Shown: one piece after another, positions 1 to 9,796 of the stretch
How positions within the stretch are numbered: position 1 is the first letter of the stretch
Layout: every line of letters starts with the position of its first letter
NCBI GenBank assembly: GCA_002390205.1
Contig: DGOV01000019.1
Span: forward strand, 11,802 to 75,801
From: Proteobacteria bacterium UBA4457
GTDB taxonomy: Bacteria > Pseudomonadota > Gammaproteobacteria > Ga0077536
Direction: 5' to 3'
Length of the DNA stretch: 64,000 nt
Position numbers and translations under genes: made by a program
The notes under the pieces: generated by a model
Seen by the model: only the letters and a program-made list of their open reading frames with translations
Told to the model about the DNA's origin: nothing
The model's database searches: none

Positions 1-2370
1 GCTAAGCTTGGTTGGGATGACATAGTTGTTCTAGAAAGAAAAAAAGTAAGCTCTGGCACAACTTGGCATGCGGCTGGACTTGTTACGACACTTCGTGACA
101 CGGAGAGTCAAACCCGTCTTGCTCAATATTCTTTAAAATTATATGAAGATCTAGAAGAAGAGACGGGGCAAGCTACTGGATTCATTAAATGTGGTTCGAT
201 ACAGCTAGCTATGACTAAAGACAAGGTTGAAGAAATGCGGCGTGGATGTGCTTTGGCGCGAACATTCGGTGTAGAAAGTGAAGAAATTTCCCCTCAACAA
301 GTCCAAGATCTATTTCCTTTAACTTATGTAGATGATCTGCTCGCAGGGTTTTACTTTCCTAACGATGGTCGAGTAAATCCTGCTGATGTCGCTCAGGCAC
401 TCGCAAAAGGTGCAAGACAACAAGGTGTACGTATTTTTGAAGACACGTTAGTTAAAGAACTCATCATGGAAAATGATCGAGCCGTTGGTGTAATTACAGA
501 CCAAGGCGAAATGAGAGCAGAAGTCGTTGTAATGTGCCCAGGTATGTGGGGAAGAGAATTCGGGTTAATTAATGGAATAGATATACCTTTGCAAGCCGCG
601 GAACACTATTACTTGATTTCAGAACCGATAAAAGAAGTACACAATCAACTTCCTATATTGAGAGATCCTGGTCGAGGCATCTACGCGAGAGAGGAAGCGG
701 GAAAAATTTTGTTGGGTTTTTTTGAACCAGTGGCATCACCTTGGGGCACTGAGGGCATCCCTGAAAATTTTTGCTTTGATGAAATTGACCCTGACTGGGA
801 TCGTATGCTGCCTCATATTGAAACAGGGATGCAGCGCCTTCCTATTCTTAACGATACGGGAATTCGACAATTTTTTTGTGGTCCCGAGTCATTTACTCCT
901 GATCATAACTACCTCATGGGAAAAGCTCCTTACATTAAACAGCTATTTATAGCCTGTGGATTTAATTCCCTAGGAATATTGTCAGGTGGTGGGGCTGGTA
1001 ATGTCATGGCTCAATGGATCAACGACGGTGTTCAGCCAATGGATATTTGGGATGTCGATATCCGACGGATGCAACCTTGCCAAAACAACACAGCATTTAT
1101 AGTCGATCGCACTAGCGAGTCTCTCGGTATCGCCTATAAAATGCATTGGCCTAACCGGCAATGGGAAACTGGGCGCAATATGAAAAAGTCAGTTTTACAC
1201 GAACGTTTAGAGAAAGTCGGAGCTTGTTTTGGCGAGTCTGCTGGATGGGAGCGACCCAATTGGTACGCGCTACCTGGAGAGGAAGCGCAGTATAAGTACG
1301 ATTTTGGAAAACAAAATTGGTTTAATAATAATGCCGTAGAGCATCAAGCTGTAAGAACTGCTGTAGGAATCTTTGACCAATCTTCCTTCCAGAAAATATT
1401 AGTTCAAGGGAAAGATGCTGAAAAGACACTAAATTTTATCGCGACGGCGAGTATGTCAGTCAAAGCTGGAACAGTTGTTTACACTCAGTTCTTAAATCAA
1501 ACAGGCGGAGTTGAAGCTGATTTAACAGTCACTAGAATAGAAAAAGATAAATATCTGATTGTAACAGCGGCATTTACTGCGACCCACGTGAAAGCATGGA
1601 TACATGAGCACATACCAGATGATGCACATTGTATAATCACTGATATAACCAGTTCATACGCGATGCTCAACATACAAGGGCCTCAAGCACGGTCATTAAT
1701 GGCAAGTATTTCATCTACTGACTTCTCCTCCAGTAGCTTTCCGTTTGGAACAATGCAATCCATAGAAATCGGCTACCAGAGTGCTATGGCTGTGAGGATT
1801 TCATATACCGGAGAACTTGGTTGGGAACTTTATATTCCAACCGAAATGGCTCTCATGGTGTATGACAAGATAGTTGAAGAAGGAGCTCAGTATGGACTCA
1901 AGCACTGTGGTTATCATACTCTTAATTCTTTGCGAATCGAAAAAGGGTATCGCGAGTGGGCTCACGATATGAGCCCGAGAGATACGTTAATTGAGTGCGG
2001 GCTGTCGTTTACATGCGACTGGGATAAGCCTGCAGGCTTCATTGGACGAGAAGCCTTGCTCGCCCAGCGTGAGAGAGGGCCAGTTAATAAGCGACTGGTA
2101 CAGTTCTTACTAGAAGATAATGGGCCGGTACTCTCCCATAATGAATCAATCTTACGCAATGGGGAGAGGATCGGATACACGGCTTCCTCGGCATATGCGC
2201 ACACTTTAGGATCGTGCGCTTCTATGGGCTACCTGCAACATTCAGAGGGAATAACTAGCGAATTCTTGTCGACGGGAGTGTTTGAAATCGAGCAAGCTGA
2301 TAGATTGTATAAGGCTAAGGCTTCACTGACGCCAATGTACGATCCGAAAAGCATACGGACAAGGAGTTAG
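1..2370 (+). CDS. FAD-dependent oxidoreductase with C-terminal GcvT-like folate-binding domain (dimethylglycine/sarcosine dehydrogenase family); 5' end lies outside the window
   Basis: The reading frame is open from base 1; the track ORF 211..2370 is just the first in-frame ATG. Translation from base 1 gives AKLGWDDIVVLERKKVSSGTTWHAAGLV (DAO/FAD domain). The C-terminal half has the aminomethyltransferase (GcvT) fold typical of DMGDH/SarDH. Confidence 0.8.
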   Translation, partial: AKLGWDDIVVLERKKVSSGTTWHAAGLVTTLRDTESQTRLAQYSLKLYEDLEEETGQATGFIKCGSIQLAMTKDKVEEMRRGCALARTFGVESEEISPQQVQDLFPLTYVDDLLAGFYFPNDGRVNPADVAQALAKGARQQGVRIFEDTLVKELIMENDRAVGVITDQGEMRAEVVVMCPGMWGREFGLINGIDIPLQAAEHYYLISEPIKEVHNQLPILRDPGRGIYAREEAGKILLGFFEPVASPWGTEGIPENFCFDEIDPDWDRMLPHIETGMQRLPILNDTGIRQFFCGPESFTPDHNYLMGKAPYIKQLFIACGFNSLGILSGGGAGNVMAQWINDGVQPMDIWDVDIRRMQPCQNNTAFIVDRTSESLGIAYKMHWPNRQWETGRNMKKSVLHERLEKVGACFGESAGWERPNWYALPGEEAQYKYDFGKQNWFNNNAVEHQAVRTAVGIFDQSSFQKILVQGKDAEKTLNFIATASMSVKAGTVVYTQFLNQTGGVEADLTVTRIEKDKYLIVTAAFTATHVKAWIHEHIPDDAHCIITDITSSYAMLNIQGPQARSLMASISSTDFSSSSFPFGTMQSIEIGYQSAMAVRISYTGELGWELYIPTEMALMVYDKIVEEGAQYGLKHCGYHTLNSLRIEKGYREWAHDMSPRDTLIECGLSFTCDWDKPAGFIGREALLAQRERGPVNKRLVQFLLEDNGPVLSHNESILRNGERIGYTASSAYAHTLGSCASMGYLQHSEGITSEFLSTGVFEIEQADRLYKAKASLTPMYDPKSIRTRS

Positions 2371-2580
2371 TCTTCTGATGCCGCTACTCAATCAAGTAAG
2401 GTTATTCTTAGCGATTCGATAAACACTTTCTGTCTAAGTCGAGATTAGAGATAGAACGTTTGTTTTATCTGTGCTAATTTGGTGTTTTGATCTAGCTGTT
2501 GTATTGCTACGTACCTACTTTCTAAAGAACAACTTTCTGGACGTTACTGTAACTTCACTGAGACCAAGGGGAACTTCCAC

Positions 2581-3960
2581 ATGCACATCAGGAAATATAC
2601 GCCAGACTATAGTCGACGAAAGTTTATAGAGAAGACAGCAAAAAGTGTGCTTGGAGCAGGCGTGCTTTCGCCAGTTTGGTCGTCTGCTGCAGAGAATGGC
2701 GATTTTTCGGCATCATATCCTGAAGAGCTATTGTCTATTGAGGAATATACACGTGGAGGACTGAAGCCTGGGGATACTATCGATGCTAATAACGTAGATA
2801 CTGTTCAGGATCTTTTGGATCCGGTTCGCTTCATGCAAATAAAACAGCAAGGCAGGAAGTTAGAATTAGTGAAGGCGACAACGGACATCACCAAGCTCAG
2901 TCCTGTTGAATATGTCGAAGCGACCATGCGGCATAAAGGAATGGCATCGTTTAATGCCGATGGAAATGTTGTCGTAAATGGTGATCAGCCTTGGGTAGGG
3001 GGAAATCCTTTTCCTGAACCTACGACTGCGATGGAGTTATTTGCGGCAGTTACCTTAACGTGGGGTAGGCATGATGTCTCTTTCTATCCGGTTAAGACCT
3101 TTGAACAGAATTCTGATGGACATATTGGCTATAAATATGAGTTGGTTTGGTGTGAATTTGCGCCTACGGGAAGGATTAGTGTCGAGCCGATGCCATATTG
3201 GCCGGGACACGAAGATAAACTGCGCTACCAGTCAGTTCTTTTTACGGTACCTCAAGATTACAAAGGGACCTCTTTTCTTAACATTTGGGACTACGACCAA
3301 AGGAAGTTCCCTAAGTTATATGGATACCTCCCACAGTTCAAAAGAGTTCGGAAATTTCCGACTAGTCAAAGATTTGAACCTCTATTGCCAGGGTCTAATT
3401 TGTATTTTTCTGACGTCTGGGCAGCAGGAGATCCATATCTCACCTGGGGTAATTTTAAGGTAATCGCGCGCGGACCATTTTTAGCTGGTTTGACTGAAAA
3501 TTGGGATTCCAGCGACCCTAACTGGGAAGGCAAGACACATGGTGGCCCCAAAGACGATACGTTTTGGGATACAAAAGTTGAGCTCGTCCCAGAGGTCATC
3601 ATCTGTGAGGCAGAGCCCACGGGGTATCCTCGCGCTCCTATCAGTAAAAAGAGAGTATGGTTCGATGCTCGGACGAGTCTGCCTCTTTGTATGGTCACTT
3701 ATGATAGAAAAGGAGAGATGTTTAAATCATTTGATGGTGCTTTTTCTGTTTATGAGAACAAGGGGAAAAAAATTATGGATGGGGCTAACCCGTATTGGTC
3801 CTGGACCCATGTTCATGCCCATAATGTACAAAGTAACCATATGACTCGCCTAAAACAGGTTGCAGAAATCGCCGGTGGTTGGAAATGGTCTGTCAATCAG
3901 GACCTTAGGATCTATGATGAATTTCTGACTAAGGCTGCATTGCGTCGATTAGGGACATAA
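2581..3960 (+). CDS. Secreted protein of unknown function with a twin-arginine-like signal (SRRKFIEK...AGVLSPVWSSAA); possibly DUF1329 family
   Basis: The N-terminus has an RRxFI motif followed by a hydrophobic stretch and AxA. No catalytic motif recognised. An internal QFKRVRKFP...GSNLYFSDVW stretch recalls the DUF1329 RRVRR region; this is from memory only. GGGGA SD about 10 nt upstream. Confidence 0.45.
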   Translation: MHIRKYTPDYSRRKFIEKTAKSVLGAGVLSPVWSSAAENGDFSASYPEELLSIEEYTRGGLKPGDTIDANNVDTVQDLLDPVRFMQIKQQGRKLELVKATTDITKLSPVEYVEATMRHKGMASFNADGNVVVNGDQPWVGGNPFPEPTTAMELFAAVTLTWGRHDVSFYPVKTFEQNSDGHIGYKYELVWCEFAPTGRISVEPMPYWPGHEDKLRYQSVLFTVPQDYKGTSFLNIWDYDQRKFPKLYGYLPQFKRVRKFPTSQRFEPLLPGSNLYFSDVWAAGDPYLTWGNFKVIARGPFLAGLTENWDSSDPNWEGKTHGGPKDDTFWDTKVELVPEVIICEAEPTGYPRAPISKKRVWFDARTSLPLCMVTYDRKGEMFKSFDGAFSVYENKGKKIMDGANPYWSWTHVHAHNVQSNHMTRLKQVAEIAGGWKWSVNQDLRIYDEFLTKAALRRLGT

Positions 3961-3976
3961 TTTAGGATACCTATAA

Positions 3977-5878
3977 TCACGAGTTTGCCTCCAGCTCTAG
4001 CCATCGGCCAGTTGCTGTTTCTAAATCTAACTTGTGTTTTTCGAGCTCTTTAAGGGTAGGTTCTACTGCCTCGTATGCTTGGGTATAAAAGTCTGGGGAT
4101 GCAACTTTATTCTCCAAATTTGAGATTGATTTTTCTAGAGACTCGATTGTTTCGGGGAGTTGCTCTAATTCTCGTTGCAAGTTAAAGCTAAGTTTCTTTT
4201 TTGAAATGATTGTTTTTGGCCTGACAACAGAGTCTTCGTCGGCAGTCGGTCTAGAAAATTTCGTAACGGCAATAGTGTCTGTAGCCGCTAGTTTCTTCCC
4301 TTTACCATACCAGTCTGAGTAACCTCCAGGATAGCTTCTCAATTCTCCAGTAGACTCAAAAACTAATGTGCTTGTTACAACATTGTCTAAGAAGACACGG
4401 TCATGACTGACAACAATAAGAGTTCCTTCATAGTCTATTAGTTGTTGTTCGAGGACTTCCAGAGTCTCCACGTCCAGATCATTAGTAGGCTCGTCTAAAA
4501 CCAGTAGATTAGTTGCTCTAGACAGGAGTTTTGCTAGTATCACACGATTACACTCACCTCCTGATAAGTACCCTACAGGGGTCAAAGCTCTTTTAGGAGA
4601 AAACAAAAAACCTTTCAAATAACCGATCACATGTCGTTCTTTTCCGTTGACTGTAATGTGTTCCTTACCTTCTCCGACAATATCGACGACGCTCAACTTA
4701 GGGTCAAGCTTTTGTCTTAATTGATCAAAATATCCTATTTTAAGATTCTCACCTCTCTTTAGAGTCCCCGCTTGAGGTTCAAGTTCTCCAAGCAATATCT
4801 TTATTAGTGTACTTTTTCCTACTCCGTTATTGCCTATAAGTCCGACTCTGTCTCCGCGCATTATTTTCAGCGAGAGCGCATCGATTATTTTCAGATCGCC
4901 ATATGAGTAGTGTAAGTTTTTAGCTTGCAGGACACGTCTACTAGATTTCTCAGAGTCTTGGAGAATTATTCGAGCTTTCCCTTCACGTTTGATGCGTTCT
5001 GTATACTCTTTTCTGAGCTTCTCGAGAGCACGGACTCTTCCTTCATTCCTCGTTCTTCGGGCTTTAATTCCCTGTCGAATCCATTTCTCCTCTTCCTCAA
5101 GCTTTTTATCGAAGAGTGAGTTTTGGCGATCTTCTTCGTCTAAACTTTGTTCTTTGTGCCTTACATATTGAGCGTAATCTCCAGGCCAGCTTTTCAGTTG
5201 TCCTCGATCAATATCTACAATACGCGTTGCTAAAGATCTCAGGAATGAGCGATCATGCGTTATGAATATGACACTTCCGGTATATGCTTTAATTCGAAGT
5301 TCCAACCATTCAATGGCTTCAAGGTCCAAATGGTTTGTGGGCTCGTCAAGTAATAAAACATCTGGCTTACTTACAAGCGTGCGAGCCAAAGCTACTCTTC
5401 TTCTCCACCCCCCCGAAAGTTCACTAAGCGTTTTGGTGGCAGGGAGCTCGAGTTGGTCAATTACGCTATCGACTTGATTATTGATATCCCAACCACCGTG
5501 AGCATCTAATTGACGCTGCAGTTGATCGAGTTCGTGCATCCCTTCACTGCTTATCTCTTGACTGGTCAGAGATTCATATCTTTCTAAGAGCGCTTTTTGT
5601 TCCTGCAGTCCTTCTGCCACAAAGTCGAAAACGCTGATATTTGTCTGCATAGGAAGCGTTTGGTCTAGTTGTGCAATTTTAAGATTATCACGCTTTCTTA
5701 TTTCGCCCGAGTCAAGTTCTTGACCTCCTGAGATTAGACGAAATAGCGTGGACTTGCCTGCACCATTGCGGCCGATGACACAGACCCTTTCATTGGGCTC
5801 AAGGACGAAGTTGGCCTCGCGAAAAATAATTTGATCACCAAAAGCAAGGTTGACCCCGTGGAAAGTAAGAAGCGACAT
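3977..5878 (-). CDS. uup: ABC-F family ATPase Uup (two ABC cassettes plus C-terminal coiled-coil domain)
   Basis: Two Walker A motifs (GRNGAGKST, GNNGVGKST) and two signatures (LSGGWRRRVALAR, LSGGECNRVILAKLL). The arm/linker motif EKWIRQGIKARRTRNEGRVRAL and the C-terminal LQRELEQLP coiled-coil match E. coli Uup closely, as does the 633-aa length. Confidence 0.9.
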   Translation of the reverse strand: MSLLTFHGVNLAFGDQIIFREANFVLEPNERVCVIGRNGAGKSTLFRLISGGQELDSGEIRKRDNLKIAQLDQTLPMQTNISVFDFVAEGLQEQKALLERYESLTSQEISSEGMHELDQLQRQLDAHGGWDINNQVDSVIDQLELPATKTLSELSGGWRRRVALARTLVSKPDVLLLDEPTNHLDLEAIEWLELRIKAYTGSVIFITHDRSFLRSLATRIVDIDRGQLKSWPGDYAQYVRHKEQSLDEEDRQNSLFDKKLEEEEKWIRQGIKARRTRNEGRVRALEKLRKEYTERIKREGKARIILQDSEKSSRRVLQAKNLHYSYGDLKIIDALSLKIMRGDRVGLIGNNGVGKSTLIKILLGELEPQAGTLKRGENLKIGYFDQLRQKLDPKLSVVDIVGEGKEHITVNGKERHVIGYLKGFLFSPKRALTPVGYLSGGECNRVILAKLLSRATNLLVLDEPTNDLDVETLEVLEQQLIDYEGTLIVVSHDRVFLDNVVTSTLVFESTGELRSYPGGYSDWYGKGKKLAATDTIAVTKFSRPTADEDSVVRPKTIISKKKLSFNLQRELEQLPETIESLEKSISNLENKVASPDFYTQAYEAVEPTLKELEKHKLDLETATGRWLELEANS

Positions 5879-5954
5879 ATCATTTTCTCATTAGAAGGCG
5901 TAGAGCATTGCCTGACCGTGAAAGGTCAAACCAAGGTGGATCCCTATTTAATTA

Positions 5955-6248
5955 CTAAACCTCATCCCCGTCAAAAAATACTTTTTTCCATCGTTTCACT
6001 TCGACGTGACTGAATAAGCCGACTTTAGTATATGGATCATTTTTGATTAACTCTTCTGCCTCACTAAGTTTCTCTGTATTGAAAACAATCATCGCACCGC
6101 CTGCCAGAGATCCATCTTCTGTGAGGAATGCACCTCCAGCTAATACTTGATCCTTAAAGGGCCTTAAATACTCCAGATGGGAGGCTCGGGTCGCTAATCG
6201 AAGTTCTAAGCTATCAGGCTTATCATGAGTCAAAATAACGTAGGGCAT
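5955..6248 (-). CDS. yciI: YciI-like protein (dimeric alpha/beta barrel)
   Basis: 97 aa starting MPYVILTHDKPDSLELRLATRASHLEYL, typical of YciI; lies just upstream of uup on the same strand. Confidence 0.7.
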   Translation of the reverse strand: MPYVILTHDKPDSLELRLATRASHLEYLRPFKDQVLAGGAFLTEDGSLAGGAMIVFNTEKLSEAEELIKNDPYTKVGLFSHVEVKRWKKVFFDGDEV

Positions 6249-6279
6249 TTCGAGACTTCCTTAATTTCGTAGGTGTGAT

Positions 6280-6849
6280 TTAGTCGGTTAAAAGATATGC
6301 TTTAGTGATCATGATTTGTTCTACAGGCACATTTTCCATTCCGTTCTTAGTCGCTGTTTTTGCTGCAGCGATCGCATCCACGACGTCAATACCTTTTGTC
6401 ACGCGTCCGAATACAGCATATCCCCAGCCTCTAGAATTCTTGGCCGTATGATTTAAGAAAGCATTGTCTTTCAGATTTATAAAGAATTGCCCGGTAGCAC
6501 TGTGTGGGTTAGAGGTTCTGGCCATCGCAAGAGTTCCACGCTGATTAGCTAGACCATTGTCAGCCTCGTTGATTATAGGCTTGTCTGTCTTTTTGAAAGC
6601 GAGATCAGATGTAAAGCCTCCTCCTTGAATCATAAAATCAGGAATGACTCTGTGGAAAACAGTTTCATCGTAAAATTCAGTCTGCACATAGGCTTTGAAG
6701 TTTTTAACAGATATGGGTGCTTTATTTGCGAAAAGTATTATTTCAATGTCACCTTTAGTTGTCTCCAAACGCACACGATCAGTTTCTTCGTTAGCAGAAA
6801 GAGGACTGATTAGTGCTAATAAGTAGGCGAGTAAAGCGATTTTCCCCAT
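6280..6849 (-). CDS. ppiA: Periplasmic cyclophilin-type peptidyl-prolyl cis-trans isomerase
   Basis: Signal peptide MGKIALLAYLLALISPLSANE; cyclophilin core motifs FHRVIPDFMIQGGGF and WGYAVFGRV. Confidence 0.9.
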   Translation of the reverse strand: MGKIALLAYLLALISPLSANEETDRVRLETTKGDIEIILFANKAPISVKNFKAYVQTEFYDETVFHRVIPDFMIQGGGFTSDLAFKKTDKPIINEADNGLANQRGTLAMARTSNPHSATGQFFINLKDNAFLNHTAKNSRGWGYAVFGRVTKGIDVVDAIAAAKTATKNGMENVPVEQIMITKAYLLTD

Positions 6850-6908
6850 TTAGGTTCTCCTGTTAATAATTTAACTTAAGGCCGTGATATGCTTATTTTT
6901 CCGTTTAT

Positions 6909-7682
6909 TTAACGCTCTTCTCGAGTAAAGACTAAATCACCTGTACTGGATAAGTTTTCGTTATAAACATAGCCTTCAGAGCAAAAGCCCTTAAGCTCTT
7001 CCGGCTTTTGTATTTGATTTTGAATTATATACCGAGCCATGAGACCGCGTGCTCTTTTTGCATAGAAGCTAATTATTTTATAATTTCCATTTTTTCGGTC
7101 CTTGAACACTGGGGCGATAATCTCTGGCTCTAGTTGTTTCTTGTCTATCACATTAAAGTATTCGTTAGAGGCAAGGTTGACTAAGTATTTGGTTTTTATC
7201 TGCTTTGCTTGCTCATTGAGATTGAGTGTTGGTTTCTCTCCCCAGAACTGATATAAATTTTTTCCGTTAGGCGTCTCGAGATTAGTCCCCATCTCTAACC
7301 GATATGGTTGCATGGAATCTAAAGGTCTGAGTATTCCGTAAAGTCCAGATAGGATACGCAAATGCTCTTGAGCGAACACCATGCTCTTTTCACTAAGTGA
7401 CTTAGCATTTAATCCTGAATATACATCGCCCATAAACGCTAAGACTGCTTGTCTAGCATTTTCCGGGCCAGGCGTAGAGCTCCATGAGTGATATCGACGG
7501 TAGTTAAGCTCTCCAAGATTGTCGCTTATTTTCATTAAATTACTGATTTGTGAGGCTGATTTCTTTTTGAGTATTTCTATTAGCTTGTCACTATAACTGT
7601 GAAAATGAGCAGAAGTCGATTTCTTGAATGACAAAGGAGAGTCATAATCAAGTGTCTTCGCTGGAGAAATCACTATCAACAT
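6909..7682 (-). CDS. yaaA: Peroxide stress protein YaaA (UPF0246)
   Basis: N-terminus MLIVISPAKTLDYDSP is the hallmark of the YaaA family; 257 aa. Confidence 0.85.
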   Translation of the reverse strand: MLIVISPAKTLDYDSPLSFKKSTSAHFHSYSDKLIEILKKKSASQISNLMKISDNLGELNYRRYHSWSSTPGPENARQAVLAFMGDVYSGLNAKSLSEKSMVFAQEHLRILSGLYGILRPLDSMQPYRLEMGTNLETPNGKNLYQFWGEKPTLNLNEQAKQIKTKYLVNLASNEYFNVIDKKQLEPEIIAPVFKDRKNGNYKIISFYAKRARGLMARYIIQNQIQKPEELKGFCSEGYVYNENLSSTGDLVFTREER

Positions 7683-7768
7683 ATCATCAGTCCTTTAAGA
7701 TTTTCTCTGTATAGCTTTAGATTATGGTACACACAGATAATTACAAAAGAGTTTGCATGTGAGAAAGT

Positions 7769-9148
7769 CTACCACTGTGGGGGGATCATAAACATGGCTA
7801 CGGAAGTTACCATGAAGCACACAACAGCAACTAAAAATGTATACCCTACAACATCACCAAATCGCATCCGAGTTACCGCTAGTATTGGAATAGCAAAAAA
7901 CGGTTGGATGAGATTAGTAACAGAATCCCCATAGGCATAAGCGAGCGTAGTTGTGACAACAGAAACGTTAAGGAGCTCGCCTGCCGGTATCAGGAAAGGG
8001 GCTTCAATCATCCATTTAGAGCCAGCGGAAGGGACAAACAGATTCATGAGTCCAGAGTATACGTAGACGACCCATGGATAAGTTGCTGTTGTGGCAATGT
8101 TTGAGAAAAAGCTTCCAAGCCACTCACCCAGATCAGTGTTCTGCATTAATCCAAAAATGCCGGCGTAGAACGGGAATTGCACCACAATACCCCAGGCGCT
8201 GTCGACACCGTTACGACAAGCTCGCAGAAAAGATGGTGCTCTACCATGCAATAATAATGCGATGACTAGGAATGTGATGTTATACGCGTTTATAGTCCAG
8301 CTAGTGCCGAAACCTTTAGTTACTATCGAATAGCCGAGTGGATAGGCTAACAAGACTACCGCAAGTAATATCCAACCTCTGAATTGATCGATGTATTCAG
8401 CAGGAGTCCTAGGAGGACCATCTTCTATAGGTGGAGTGGGCAGGATTTTTTCTATTTCTTCTGTACTAAGCGTGCGGGCGCCTGAACGAGGATGCAGTAA
8501 GCAAGTAGTAGCTAGAGCTACTGCTCCAAGGATGCAGATAAAAACAAGGTTAAAATTGTTGTAGAGGGTTTCAGTCACAGGGTACAGCCGTTCTACGATA
8601 GGTGCTCCACTTGATGGATTTATTAGCGGGTTACCTGGGGTAGCTAAAATCAAAGGAGCAGAGCCGGATAGACCACCATGCCAAACTGTACCTATCCCTA
8701 AATAGGAGGCGCATATAAGAAGTCGTACATCCACGTTCGGATTACGACGAAGTATAAACGGGGTAAACAGCGCGCAAGAAACCAAGCATACAGCCCAGTT
8801 AAGGTAACCCATTACAAGAGAAAACATACCGGCAAGAACAAGAGCTTGAACGGGTTTAGATGGGTTTGGAAGCGATGCCAGCCAATTAAAAAAACGGTAA
8901 ATGGGAGGCGATGCGGCACACGCATGCGCTGCTACCATGGCGATAGTGAACTGCATTGCCAGTCCTAAGAGGCTCCAGACTCCATCTCCCCAAGCAAGGA
9001 CAGTTTCTTCTACGGTCGCACCTGCTCCAAAGATACAAAGTAAAATTGCCACTGCTGTAAGCATCATCGAGATAACCCAAGCGTCGGGTACCCATCGTTC
9101 TGTTACGTCTGACAGTCCTGCACCAAAGCGACGAAATTGTTCGATCAT
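7769..9148 (-). CDS. atoE: Short-chain fatty acid transporter (AtoE family) integral membrane protein
   Basis: 459 aa, polytopic. N-terminus (RFGAGLSDVTERWVPDAWVISMMLT) is similar to E. coli AtoE (RFMTRFVSRWLPDPLIFAMLLT). Confidence 0.75.
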   Translation of the reverse strand: MIEQFRRFGAGLSDVTERWVPDAWVISMMLTAVAILLCIFGAGATVEETVLAWGDGVWSLLGLAMQFTIAMVAAHACAASPPIYRFFNWLASLPNPSKPVQALVLAGMFSLVMGYLNWAVCLVSCALFTPFILRRNPNVDVRLLICASYLGIGTVWHGGLSGSAPLILATPGNPLINPSSGAPIVERLYPVTETLYNNFNLVFICILGAVALATTCLLHPRSGARTLSTEEIEKILPTPPIEDGPPRTPAEYIDQFRGWILLAVVLLAYPLGYSIVTKGFGTSWTINAYNITFLVIALLLHGRAPSFLRACRNGVDSAWGIVVQFPFYAGIFGLMQNTDLGEWLGSFFSNIATTATYPWVVYVYSGLMNLFVPSAGSKWMIEAPFLIPAGELLNVSVVTTTLAYAYGDSVTNLIQPFFAIPILAVTRMRFGDVVGYTFLVAVVCFMVTSVAMFMIPPQW

Positions 9149-9302
9149 GCTAGCCTCTGAAAGTATATGGTATGGTTCATTATTCTACATTATCTAAGGC
9201 ATCGTAACCTGTGATAACCCGCATGCGTTATTTTACTAAATTAATTGAGAGGGCGACAGCTCGGACAGGATTATCTGCGGCCCTCGAATTCTTTCCAAAA
9301 AG

Positions 9303-9785
9303 ATGGGATATATGAATTTATCTGATAGCCTCATTCACCAGTTACTAGATAAAATGCCTGTTGCACGATTTGCGGTTACGCGATCCGATGGGAGAGCTGA
9401 GGCTATGCCGATTGTCTTTTCGAGGGTCGGGAACCAGATTTTTTCACCCATTGATGGAAAGCCAAAGAAAACGGCGGATCTTGAACGTTTGAGGCATGTC
9501 GGTAAAACCCCAGAGTCAACGCTTCTTTTGGACTCTTATCAGAAAGACTGGTCCAAACTCTGGTGGTTGCGGTTGGATGTGAGGGCAGGGGTGTGCACGA
9601 GCTCTCACGGTGACTGGTGTGAGGCAGTTGACAGGCTTAGAGAGAAGTATCCTCAGTATCGCTCTATCCCACTTTTCAAAGGCACTCCTACCATGATTGT
9701 GATGAATTGGAATCGTGCCCATTCTTGGGCATTTAATGGGATAGATGGCATCCGGTCTTGGCTTAGTGACACAGCAGAACAATAG
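9303..9785 (+). CDS. PNPOx-like (pyridoxamine 5'-phosphate oxidase class) FMN/F420-binding split-barrel protein
   Basis: 160 aa with a PPOX-class pattern (ARFAVTRSDGR...PIVF...LLLDSY...WWLRLDV). Convergent with the LLM oxidoreductase next to it. Confidence 0.5.
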   Translation: MGYMNLSDSLIHQLLDKMPVARFAVTRSDGRAEAMPIVFSRVGNQIFSPIDGKPKKTADLERLRHVGKTPESTLLLDSYQKDWSKLWWLRLDVRAGVCTSSHGDWCEAVDRLREKYPQYRSIPLFKGTPTMIVMNWNRAHSWAFNGIDGIRSWLSDTAEQ

Positions 9786-9796
9786 AGAGGCTTATT

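Noticed and set aside
722-952. Short ORFs nested inside or antisense to long, well-supported genes (e.g. 722-952, 1962-2204, 3071-3463, 3366-3698, 4925-5171, 8901-9197, 48231-50990 plus-strand ORFs inside yhdP)
   Set aside because: They are wholly contained in confidently assigned CDSs on another frame or strand, have no RBS and low-complexity translations, and are typical six-frame noise.
9249-9290. Inverted repeat GAGGGC...GCCCTC upstream of the PPOX-like gene
   Set aside because: Only a 6-bp stem with a ~25-nt loop, within chance expectation.
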